A stretch of 64,000 nt of DNA from Squalus acanthias (Eukaryota). The notes below the pieces were generated by a model. The model did no database searches. It was given only the letters and a program-made list of their open reading frames with translations, and had not been told where the DNA came from. The stretch lies in the NCBI GenBank assembly GCA_030390025.1, contig CM059431.1, positions 122,080,001 through 122,144,000 on the forward strand, written 5' to 3'. This document shows, one piece after another, positions 36,833-48,057 of the stretch (its first letter is position 1; each line of letters starts with the position of its first letter). The position numbers and the translations under genes were made by a program.

Positions 36833-39278
36833 CATCAGTGGAACATTTTCTGCAGCAGTCATTCCTGTGACTTTTCTAGAGAGGAATGTTTCTGTTTAAT
36901 TTATCTAACTGTTGAATCACTGCTGTTGTTACAGTGAACGATTTGAAGTGATATTGCTGTTTAATTTCTCAAAATAATGTCCTTTAGGGAAGGAAATCTG
37001 CCGTCCTTACCTGGTCTGGCCAATATGTGACTCCAGACCCACAGCAATGTGGTTGACTCTTAACTGCCCTCTGAAATGGCCTAGCAAACCACTCAGTTGT
37101 AACAAACCGCTACAGAAAACAATAAGAAGAATAAAACCGGATGGACCACCTGGCATCGACCTCGGCATAGGCTTTGGACATGACAATGGCACACCCAGCC
37201 CAGTCGACCCTGCAAAGTCCTCCTCACCAACATTTGGGGACTTGTGCCAACATTGGGAGAGCTGTCCCACAGACTACTCAAGTAACAGCCAGACATAGTC
37301 ATACTCACAGAATCATACCGTTCAGCCAATGTCCCAGATTCCTCCATCACCATCCCTGGGTATGTCCTGTCCCACCAGCAGGACAGACCCACCAAAGGAG
37401 GTGACACTGTGGTAAACAGTCGGGAGGGAGTGGCACTGGGAGTTCTCAACATTGACTCCGGACCCCATGAAGTCTCATAGCTTCAAGTCAAGCATGGGCA
37501 AGGAAACCTCCTGCTGATTACCACCTACCACCCTCCCTCAGCTGATGAATCAGTACTCCTCCATGTTGAACACCACTTGGAAGAAGCACTGAGGGTAGCA
37601 AGGGCACAGAATGTACTCTGGGTGGGGGACATCTACTGACCGAGCTGGCTGAGTTCTAAAGGACATAGCTGCCAGAGTGAGCCTGCGACAGGTGGTGAGA
37701 GAACCAACAAGAAGGGAAAACCAACTTGACCTCATCCTCATCAATCTACCTGTCGCAGATGCATCTGTCATGACAGTATTGGTAGCAGTGACCAGCGCAC
37801 AGTACTTGTGGAGACAAAGTCCCGTCTTCACACCGAGCACACCCTACATCGTGTTGTGTGGCACTACCATCGTACTAAATGGAATAGATTCAGAACAGAT
37901 CTAGCAGCTCAATACTGGCCATCCATGAGGTGCTGTGGACCATCAGCAGCAGCAGAATTGTATTCCAATACAATCAGTAACCTGATGGCCTGGCATATCT
38001 CTCACTCTACCATTACCATCAAGCCAGGGGACCAACCCTGGTTAAATGAAGAGTGTAGAAGAGCATGCCAGGAGCAACACCAGGCATAGCTAAAAATGGT
38101 GAAGCTGCAACACAGGACTACATGCATGCTAAACAGCAGAAGCAGCATGCTATAGAAAGAGCTAAGCATCCCACAATCAACGGATCAGATCAAAGCTCTG
38201 CAGTCCTGCCACATCCAGTTGTGAATGGTGGTGGACAATTAAGTAACTAATTGGAGGAGGAGGCTCCATGAACATCCCCATCCTCAATGATGGAGGAGCC
38301 CAGCACGTGAGTGCAAAAGACAAGACTGATTTGTTTGCAACCATCATCAGCCAGAAGTGCCGAGTGCATGATCCATCTCGGTCTCCTCCTGAGGTCCCCA
38401 CCATCACAGGAGCCAGTCTTCAGCCAATTCGATTCACTCTACGTGATATCAAGAAATGGCTGAGTGCACTGGATACAGCAAAGGTTAAGGGCCCTGACAA
38501 CATCTTGGCTGTCGTGCTGAAGACTTGTGCTCCAGAACTAGCCGCACCTCTAGCCAAGCTGTTCCATTACAGCTACAACACCAGTATCTAACTGACAATG
38601 TGGAAAACTGCCCAGGTATGTCCTGTCCACAAAAAGCAGGACAAATCCAATCCAGCCAATTACCGCCCCATCAGTCTATTCTCAATCATCAGCAAAGTGA
38701 TGGAAGGTGTCGTCAACAGTGCTATCAAGCTGTACTTACTAATCAATAACCGGCTCACTGATTGTAAGGTTTCCAAAATTTACAGATCCCCAAAACCTAA
38801 GGAAAAAGGACTTTGGAACTACCTCAGTGATAATATTGCATTTGGGCCTAACATAAGGAATCTAAGACCAAAAAACAAGTTTTGGCATTTTAAAAAACTA
38901 TGTCTGGGCCTGTAAAGGAACAAGAGGTGGGTAAAACCTCTGTAAAAGCAGTTTGGGTATTGCAGTTAATTGCAATGTCTGGGGAACCGGGTTGAACTCA
39001 CTCAAAGCCCCAGCAAGTATTAACATTTTGACAATAGACCCGAGGAGAAGACAGTCCCACCCAAAACAACAGGTCCCATCAAGCCGATTACAGGGCCCAT
39101 CAGGAAACATGCATAATACAGAGCACCCAGGACTAGGCTATAGATCAGCCTAGGAACCCAAAACACAAAAAACAATCACCAGCAATCAGCCAAGGAGATA
39201 GACAGGATGCAAACCATCCCAAAACCCATTTGACACTTACAGAGCAGTTACTAGTAGCAGGCCCGCCAAATTCAGACA

Positions 39279-42200
39279 ATGGGCTTTAAACTAATTAGTG
39301 GGGGGGAGGTTTCAAGAGAGCAAAAAATAAAAATGACAACAGAGAGGGTCATAGATATAGGTAGCAGTAGGGGAATCACAAACCAGAGCGTGGCAGGAAG
39401 GGGCAGAGTGTGTGGAGTAAAAGGTAAAGTGGTAAAAAGTGAAAAAGCAGGAACTAAGTGCCACAAAGCATATTTGAAAGTTCTCTATCTGAATGCACGT
39501 AGCATTCGTAACAAAATAGACGAGTTAATGGCACAAATAACTACATATGGTTATGATATTGTGGCCATTACAGAAACATGGCTGCAGGGTGACAATGCCT
39601 GGGAATTAAACATACCAGGTTATTTAACGATCAGGAAGGACAGGCAGGAAGGAAGGGGAGGTGGGGTGGCTATGTTAATAAAGGAAGGAATCACTGTAAT
39701 ACAGAGTAATGATATTGGGTCAAAAAATCATGATAATGAAACAGTTTGGGTGGAGATAAGGAATAATAAGGGGAAAAAAACACTAGTGGGCGTAGTCTAT
39801 AGGCCTCCGAACAGTTGCAACTCTGTTGGACGGAGTATCAATCAGGAAATAGTTGAGGCATGTAATAAGGGAACATCTATAATTATGGGGGATTTTAACT
39901 ATCATATTAATTGGACAAATCAAATGGGGCAGGGCTGCCTTGAGGATGAGTTCATTGAGTGTATTAGGGATGGGTTTCTTGAGCAGTATGTAACTGAACC
40001 GACCAGGGGGCAAGCAACCTTAGATCTGGTCCTGTGTAACGAGACAGGATTAATTAAAAATGTCCTAGTAAAGGATCCCCTTGGAATGAGTGACCATAAC
40101 ATGGTTGAATTCCATATTCAATTAGAGGGTGAGAAGGTTGGATCTCAAACAAGCACGCTAAGCTTGAATAAAGGTGACTATGAAGGTATGCGAGCGGAAT
40201 TGAGTAGAGTGGATTGGGAAAATAGATTAAAGGGTAAGACGACACATGATCAGTGGTGTACATTCAAGGATTTATTTTACAACTTCCAAAAAATATATAT
40301 TCCACTGAAAAGAAAAGGGTGTAAAAGAAAGGACAGTCATCCGTGGCTAAGTAAAGAAATTAAGGATAGTATTCGACTAAAAACAAGGGCATATAAGGTA
40401 GCGAAATCTAGTGGGAGGACAGAGGATTGGGAAAACTTTAAAAGGCAGCAAAAAATAACAAAAAGATTGATTAAGAAAGGGAAGATATATTATGAAAGTA
40501 AATTAGCAAAAAATATAAAAACAGAAAGTAAGAGTTTTTATAGTTATATAAAAAGAAAAAGGGTGGCTAAAGTAAATGTTGGTCCCTTAGAGGATGAGAC
40601 CGGGAAATTAATGGTGGGAAATATGGAGATGGCAAAAACACTGAATGAATATTTTGTATCAGTCTTTACAGTAGAGGACACTAAGAATATCCCAACACTG
40701 GACAAACAGGGGGCTATAGGGGGAGAGGAGCTAAACACGATCAAAATCACTAAGGAAGTGGTACTCGGTAAAATAATGGGACTCAAGGCGGATAAATCAC
40801 CTGGACCTGATGGCTTACATCCTAGAGTCTTGAAGGAAGTGGCGGTAGGGATTGTAGATGCATTGGTAATAATTTTTCAAAACTCCCTGAATTCCGCTAA
40901 GGTCCCGGCAGACTGGAAAACTGCTAATATAACACCCTTATTTAAAAAGGGCAGTAGACAGAAGGCTGGTAACTATAGACCGGTTAGCCTAACATCTGTG
41001 GTAGGTAAAATTTTGGAGTCCATTATTAAGGAAACAGTAACAGGACATTTGGATAATCATAATTTAATAGGACAAAGTCAGCATGGTTTTACGAAGGGGA
41101 AGTCATGTTTGACAAATTTGCTGGAGTTCTTTGAGGAAGTAACATATAGAGTGGATAAAGGGGAACCAGTGGACGTAGTGTATTTAGACTTCCAAAAGGC
41201 ATTTGACAAGGTGCCACACAAAAGATTATTGCTTAAGGTAAAAAATCACGGGATTGGGGGTAATATTCTGGCATGGATAGAGGATTGGCCATCTAACAGA
41301 AAGCAAAGAGTTGGGATAAATGGTTCATTCTCAGACTGGCAATCAGTAACTAGTGGTGTTCCACAGGGGTCAGTGCTGGGTCCCCAACTCTTTACAATCT
41401 ATATTAACGATTTGGAGGAAGGGACCAAGTGTAACATATCAAAATTTGCAGATGATACAAAGATGGGAGGGAAAGTAGTGAGTGAGGAGGACATAAAAAA
41501 CCTGCAAGGGGACATAGACAGGCTAAGTAAGTGGGCAGAGATTTGGCAGATGGAATACAACACTGGAAAGTGTGAGGTGATGCACTTTGGCAGGAAAAAT
41601 CCTAGAGCAATTTATTATCTTAATGGCAAGAAACTGGAGAGTACTGAAGTGCAAAGGGATCTGGGGGTCCTGGTGCACGAAACTCAAAAGGTTAGTATGC
41701 AGGTGCAGCAAGTGATTAAGAAGGCAAATGGAATGTTGGCTTTCATTGCTAGGGGGATAGAATATAAAAATAGGGAGGTATTGCTTCAGTTGTACAAGGT
41801 ATTGGTGAGACCGCACCTGGAATACTGCATACAGTTTTGGTGTCCTTACTTAAGGAAAGACATCCTTGCTCTCGAGGCAGTGCAAAAAAGGTTCACTCGG
41901 TTAATCCCGGGGATGAGGGGGTGGTCATATGAGGAGAGGTTGGGTAGATTGGGACTCTACTCATTGGAGTTCAGAGGAATGAGAGGCGATCTTATTGAAA
42001 CATATAAGATTGTGAAGGGGTTGGATCGGGTGGATGCGGGGAGGATGTTCCCGATGACGGGTGAAACTAGAACTAGGGGACATAGTCTTAGAATAAGGGG
42101 CTGCTCTTTCAAAACTGAGATGAGGAGGAACTACTTCACTCAGAGGGTGGTAGGTCCATGGAATATGCTGCCACAAAAAGCTGTAGAAGCTACATCATTA

Positions 42201-42284
42201 AATAAATTTAAAACAGAAATAGACAGTTTCCTAGAAGTAAAGGGCATTAAGGGTTACGGGGAGCGGGCAGGAATTTGGACATGA
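39279..42284 (+). CDS. CR1 ORF2 endonuclease-reverse transcriptase (1001 aa, uninterrupted)
   Basis: APE motifs YLNARS, ITETW, YRPP, GDFN, LDL, SDH; RT motifs PGPDG, YRPVSL, DFQKAFD, GVPQGSVLGP, FADD. Confidence 0.92.
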   Translation: MGFKLISGGEVSREQKIKMTTERVIDIGSSRGITNQSVAGRGRVCGVKGKVVKSEKAGTKCHKAYLKVLYLNARSIRNKIDELMAQITTYGYDIVAITETWLQGDNAWELNIPGYLTIRKDRQEGRGGGVAMLIKEGITVIQSNDIGSKNHDNETVWVEIRNNKGKKTLVGVVYRPPNSCNSVGRSINQEIVEACNKGTSIIMGDFNYHINWTNQMGQGCLEDEFIECIRDGFLEQYVTEPTRGQATLDLVLCNETGLIKNVLVKDPLGMSDHNMVEFHIQLEGEKVGSQTSTLSLNKGDYEGMRAELSRVDWENRLKGKTTHDQWCTFKDLFYNFQKIYIPLKRKGCKRKDSHPWLSKEIKDSIRLKTRAYKVAKSSGRTEDWENFKRQQKITKRLIKKGKIYYESKLAKNIKTESKSFYSYIKRKRVAKVNVGPLEDETGKLMVGNMEMAKTLNEYFVSVFTVEDTKNIPTLDKQGAIGGEELNTIKITKEVVLGKIMGLKADKSPGPDGLHPRVLKEVAVGIVDALVIIFQNSLNSAKVPADWKTANITPLFKKGSRQKAGNYRPVSLTSVVGKILESIIKETVTGHLDNHNLIGQSQHGFTKGKSCLTNLLEFFEEVTYRVDKGEPVDVVYLDFQKAFDKVPHKRLLLKVKNHGIGGNILAWIEDWPSNRKQRVGINGSFSDWQSVTSGVPQGSVLGPQLFTIYINDLEEGTKCNISKFADDTKMGGKVVSEEDIKNLQGDIDRLSKWAEIWQMEYNTGKCEVMHFGRKNPRAIYYLNGKKLESTEVQRDLGVLVHETQKVSMQVQQVIKKANGMLAFIARGIEYKNREVLLQLYKVLVRPHLEYCIQFWCPYLRKDILALEAVQKRFTRLIPGMRGWSYEERLGRLGLYSLEFRGMRGDLIETYKIVKGLDRVDAGRMFPMTGETRTRGHSLRIRGCSFKTEMRRNYFTQRVVGPWNMLPQKAVEATSLNKFKTEIDSFLEVKGIKGYGERAGIWT

Positions 42285-42519
42285 GTCTAGGTTCGGATCG
42301 GTCATGGCCCTGTGGGTAGTGGAGCAGGCCCAGGGACCGTGTAGCCTGATTCTGCTCCTATTTCATGTGTGCAATTCTGTTAGATGCAGGAGCTGGTTCT
42401 GTGATAGTAGATAGTAGATTGGCGGTTAGGATCAGATCAGCCATGATCTTATTGAATGGCGGAGCAGGCTCGAGTGGCCGATTGGCCTACTCCTGCTCCT
42501 ATTTCTTATATTCTTATGT
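39282..42519 (+). mobile_element. Young CR1 LINE truncated at the ORF1/ORF2 junction
   Basis: AATG TSD (39278-39281, 42520-42523); starts with the last bases of ORF1 (ggctttaaactaa); complete ORF2 and 3' tail. Confidence 0.93.
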
Positions 42520-43158
42520 AATGAACTGAACAGATTTGGCGGGTAGATAAGGCCATATTCAATAGGTAAGATTGAAGGCCTGTTAAAACCCAGTTAACGT
42601 GCTAGTAAATCGTTACCGATTTACGAGCCCGCCAAAACTAGACTATAAACTGAGTAGATTTGGCAGGTAGATAAGGCCACTTCAATTCTGTATAATTGAA
42701 GGCCCTCCCAGCACAGACCAGGGAAAAGAAGAGAGAGAAACAACACAGTTCAACGTCATTGGGTCGAGCAGTCGGTCGCAAACGGTGGTCATCAAGAAGG
42801 AGGAGAGACCAAGAAGAAGAAGGCCCGAGCTGAAAGCGAGTCGGCATCGCTCACCACTCAGACACACCTGAGTCCAGCTCGCGAAGACACCACCTCGACG
42901 GACCTCCAACAACGGCCCCAACACAGTCACCCGGAGCAACAAGCAGCAACAAGTCACCGACAGCTCCACGAGGTCAACCGACACACCAAACAAGGCCTAA
43001 AGCCATCGCAGAAACCAAAGGCCTCACGAAACCAACAACCGCGCATTACCCCCAACTGACCGGGTAATCGCAGGCCACCGCGACCAACAAAGACCAACTC
43101 CAGGGAAGAAAACCCGAAGAATCGCAAAGTTTCCACACTACAAACTACTCCTGACTTA

Positions 43159-44194
43159 AGATGATGCAAAGATGGGAGGGAAAGTAGAAAGTGAGGAGGA
43201 CATAAAAAACCTACAAGGGGATATAGACAAGCTGGGTGAGTGGGCGGAGATTTGGCAGATGCAATACAATATTGGAAAATGTGAGGTTATGCACTTTGGC
43301 AGGAAAAATCAGAGAGCAAGTTATTATCTTAATGGCGAGAAACTGGAAAGTACTGCAGTGCAAAGGGATCTGGGGGTCCTAGTGCAAGAAAATCAAAAAG
43401 TTAGTATGCAGGTGCAGCAGGTGATCAAGAAGGCCAACGGAATGTTGGCTTTTATTGCTAGGGGGATAGATTATAAAAACAGGGAGGTATTGCTGCAGTT
43501 ATATAAGGTATTGGTGAGACCGCATCTGGAATACTGCATACAGTTTTGGTGTCCATACTTAAGAAAAGACATACTTGCTCTCGAGGCAGTACAAAGAAGG
43601 TTCACTCGGTTAATCCCCGGGATGAAGGGGTGGACATATGAGGAGAGGTTGAGTAGATTGGGACTCTACTCATTGGAGTTCAGAAGAGTGAGAGGCGATC
43701 TTATTGAAACATATAAGATTGTGAAGGGGCTTGATCGGGTGGATGCGGTAAGGATGTTCCCAAGGATGGGTGAAACTAGAACTAGGGGGCATAATCTTAG
43801 AATAAGAGGCTGCTCTTTCAAAACTGAGATGAGGCGAAACTTCTTCACTCAGAGGGTATTAGGTCTGTGGAATTTGCTGCCCCAGGAAGCTGTGGAAGCT
43901 ACATCATTAAATAAATTTAAAAAAGAAATAGACAGTTTCCTAGAAGTAAAGGGAATTAGGGGTTATGGGGAGCGGGCAGGAAATTGGACATGAGGCTGAG
44001 TTCGGATCGGTCGAGGCCTTGTGGGTGGCGTAGCGGGCCCAGGGGCTGAGTGGCCAGGTCCTGCTCCTAATTCTTGTGTTCGTTAGATTTGAGGTGAGGA
44101 TCAGATCAGCCATGATCTTATTGAATGGCGGAGCAGGCTCGAAGGGCCGATTGGCCTACTCCTGCTCCTATTTCTCATGTTTTTATGTTCTTAT
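43159..44194 (+). mobile_element. Young 5'-truncated CR1, same subfamily as 39282-42519
   Basis: Open 273-aa RT C-terminus highly similar to the neighbouring copy; same duplicated 3' UTR. Confidence 0.92.
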
Positions 44195-45128
44195 ACCCTG
44201 AGTAAGATTTTCCCCAAAGACTCTAAACCCGACTGCTCAACTAAAGAAATTGGGTACTCACCAGGTAAATCCATAACGACATCCTACCGCATCAGCGGAC
44301 TCACGAAGACTGACCAGAGACCCAGGTGAAGTCCTCTACCGCGTACAGGGTACGGCAGACACTAACCACCATAAACAGCGAACCCCAAAACCGCGATTTA
44401 GCCCAACTGTCAAAGGATTGGTGAGCATTATCCCTGGTCCTTCGAAACCTAACTTAGCTAGTAAAGTGGGGTTGCGGGGGGTGAAGTATTGTTCTACTGT
44501 CATTTCCCTCGCTTCTACCGAAGTGTTCCCCACCTTTAGAGTGATAAGAGTGTCATTATTTGTGTCTTACCTTTTAATAAAGATTGAAGTTCTTTCATCA
44601 AACTCAGTTGTCTGCTGCACCTTTTGTATCACAACCCCCAAATAAGTCCAAGGTCTAGAACCAAGGGAGTGGGAGCGATTCGAACCGCTCAGAAGTCAGA
44701 GGTAAAGCTGACACAAAAACACCACCCCCTACATGATGCTCAGTTTGGGTTCCACCAGGGCCACTAAGCTCCAAACCTCATTACAGCCTTGGTCCAAATA
44801 TGGACAAAAGAGCTGAATTTCAGAGGTTAGGTGAGAGTGACTGCCCTTGAAATCAAGGCAGCATTTGACCGAGTCTGGCATCAAGGAGCCCGAGTGAAAT
44901 TGAAGGCAAGGGGAATCAGGGGGAAAATGCTCCACTGGCTGGAGTCATACCTAGCACAAAGGAAGATGGTTGTGGTGATTGGAGGCCAATCATCACAGCC
45001 CCAGGACATCGCTGCAGGAGTTCCTCGGGGCAGTGTCCTAGGCCCAACCATCTTCAGCTGCTTCATCAATGACCTTCCCTCCATCATAAGGTCAGAAGTG
45101 TGGATGTTCGTTGATGATTGCACAGTGT

Positions 45129-45724
45129 TGAAAGAGTTCATTTGAACTCACGTTAAATTAAAATGATAAATTCTCATTTTCTGTATGAAACCGAAGAGAG
45201 CCAGGTGGGAGATAAGGCCTGGTTGAGCGTTGTGATACTTAGCAACAATCAAGGTCATAGACACAATGGAAGACTGTAAAAACCCAGATACAGGGTCTCC
45301 AACAACGTCATTAATGCTTTAGTTTGTAACTGACAAAGATTAGAGTAATGGTTTAGTTTGCAACATAATTATTAGGTATAACGAATTAATGGTTTAGTTT
45401 GCAACATAATTATTTAGTTTGAATTAAAATATAACGAATTAATGATTTAGCTTGAACTGACATAAATTGTTTAGAATATAACGAATTAATTGCAAGCTGT
45501 TTAAGTTTGAAATGGACATACTTGCAATCATGTGATATTTTGTAACTATGTGATTGGACAACTCTTCAATAAAAGGTTGTCATTGACAACGAGAGGTCGA
45601 GAAGTTGAAGTCATCCGACTGAGCAAGGTTCTGTGACACTTCTCCCAGGGATCTCAGAATATAAAATAAACTGTTTCTTGCTTTAGCTATAAACAGACTG
45701 GAGTGAAATAATTTCTCCCTAACA
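45129..45724 (+). mobile_element. Solo LTR (596 bp, ERV-like)
   Basis: TGAAAG...CCTAACA ends, GTGT TSD, internal tandem repeats (ataacgaattaatggtttagtttgcaacataatt) at about 45300-45520, AATAAA at 45568 and 45665. Confidence 0.88.
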
Positions 45725-46386
45725 GTGTTCAGTTCCATTCGCAACTTCTCGGATGATGAAGCAGTCCATGCCCACATGCCGTAAGACCTGGACGACATTC
45801 AGGCTTGAGCTGATAAGTGGCAAGTAACATTCACACCATGCAAGTGCCAGGCAATGACTATCTTCAACAAGAGTTAGTCTAACCACCACCCCTTGACATT
45901 CAACAGCATTACCATTGCCAAATCTCCCACCATCAACATCGTGGGGGGTCACCATTGACCTTAACTGGACCATTCACATAAATACTGTGGCTACAAGAGC
46001 AGGTCAGAGGCTGGGTATTCTGCGGCAAGTATGTCACCTCTTGACTCACCAACGCCTTTCCACCATCTACAAGGCACAAGTCAGGAGTCTAATGGAATAC
46101 TCTTCACTTGCCGGGATGAGTGCAGCTCCAACAACACTCAAGAAGTTTGACACCATCCAGGACAAAGCAGCCCGCCTGATTGGCACCCCAACCACCACAT
46201 TAAACATTCACTCCGTCCACCACTGGTGGACCGTGGCTGCAATGTGTACCATCTACAAGATGCACTGCAGCAAATCGCCAAGGCTTCATCGTCGCTGGTT
46301 TAAAATCCTGGAACTCCTTCCCTAACAGCACTGTGGGAGTACCTTCACCACATGGACTGCAGCGGTTCAAGAAGGTGACTCACCAC

Positions 46387-48057
46387 TGTAGAATTCGCAA
46401 ATTATCGCGATTTCGAAATAACGAGATAGAGACATACAGTTTCGTAAAAACAGCTTTATTTCAGCAAAATGCTGTCAGGTTTCAAAACGGACACAAGCAG
46501 CCTGTAAAATGGCCGCCACGCCTCGTGGCAGAAGGTTCTAGACTTTCAGTAGGCAGACAAGATGGCGTTTCAATACACATTTCAACAAGATCGGACAGGA
46601 CTCAGCATATTGAGATAAGACAAGACGAGATCTTTTTGCATTTTAACACCCAAGCAAGGAATATAAGTGCTGGAATCGGGTTTTCCATGCACAAATGAGA
46701 GCCATTGTACTGGGCAATCAAGGGGCCCATCCAAAGACATTGATACGCAAATTCCCCACGGCTCTACGATGAGAGAGCCGTTCGCGGGTACTCACAGCAA
46801 GAATTCGGAGGCCCCCAAAACCCCTCCAGGGAGACTCCTAGCCGGTTCCACAAGGGGAGAAATATTAACGGGTACTCAGACAGTTACAAGTATCACCGAA
46901 ACCCATTAACGACAAGTACCACCCCATACAAGAAGTTTGAGTGCCAAAACATGACAAAAGATGAACATTAAGATTGGGCGGGAGATAAAGAATTACAGTA
47001 CTATAACTGTAGTAAACAAACGTCCATCTTTCTCTTGATTCGACCCCTGGCTCTCGTTTGCGGCCTACCGAGCTCTTGGTCCGCTGATCTTCCAGGAGTC
47101 AACCTCGTGGCTTGCCGCGAAGATCTGTGAAGAGCTGGGCTGCGAAGGCCGGTAAGCGGGTACACCATCCCAAGGGTCGGTAGACGGTGTAGGGACCCGA
47201 AGGCCCGATGAGACGAAACAAGACAAGAAGAAGAAGAAGACGACTGCACGTGCCGCCGCGGTCAGTAAACCCCGACTGCGCCCGAAAATATATAGACCAT
47301 TTTTGAACTCTATAGGTTACTGCACGAACTGACGCAGGAAGACTTTTCTTCGAATTTTATCGAACTGGTGTCGATCCAGAAAGACTCTTCTTTGAATTCT
47401 ACCGGCTAACTGGTGTCGGGCACAGGAAGACTCTTCTTTGAGTTTTATCAGAGTTCCGAGGTCAACACAGATCTTCATGACAGCAGACGGTCCAGCCTGC
47501 TAGCCGGAGCAAAGCGAGTAAACAAGTGGGGTACAGAGACCCCTGATCAACACGTGAATAGTCAGGTGCTGTGGCGAAAACATCCGAGCAGCATTTCGGA
47601 ATTCTCCGAGTTATCACGAGTGGTGAGCATGAGTCTCGATCCTACAGATCTAGATTAGGACAGGTATTGATAGGGGAGGGTTTTTGTTTTAAGGATAATT
47701 ATAATGTGTGTCCCCTTTTACGATGTGTCGTGCGCTCCTCGTTTTCCCTAAACCTAGTTTCCTAAATGTATGTAAGCTTGTACTGTCATTAATCTGTGCT
47801 TATGACATGTATTTCGTAATCTTGAACAATATGCAATAAAGATTTTCCATTTCGTACTATTCAACCGGGTCTACCTGAGTTTTCTCTGCATTACTGCTCT
47901 CGCACCTAAGTCCAGTGTCAGAACCGTAAGGGCGAGTGGGTCGAACCACTCACAGGTGTCTAGTGCTACCAGGCTGGCTGGAGACCAGAACAGGCAACAA
48001 GGCCTAACCCCGCACTAGCACCCAGGCTAAGCACAGAGCCATGCGAACCCCCTTACA
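46387..48057 (+). mobile_element. Long solo LTR (1671 bp)
   Basis: TGTAG...CCCCTTACA ends, CCAC TSD restoring LINE gtgactca-ccac-caccttctc, AATAAA near 47835. Confidence 0.88.

Larger units (their letters stand above)
38763..44733 (+). mobile_element. Long solo LTR (about 1.7 kb net) containing two CR1 insertions
   Basis: TGTAAGG...CCCCTACA ends, TGAT 4-bp TSD (38759-38762, 44734-44737), AATAAA near 44576. Confidence 0.88.

Noticed and set aside
44670..44695. tRNA-like B-box (gattcgaacc; also gtcgaacc near 47941)
   Set aside because: No cloverleaf or A-box; part of the LTR terminal region.
45300..45520. Repeat-spacer-like array resembling CRISPR
   Set aside because: Degenerate AT-rich tandem repeats inside a solo LTR, no unique spacers, no cas genes, eukaryotic context.
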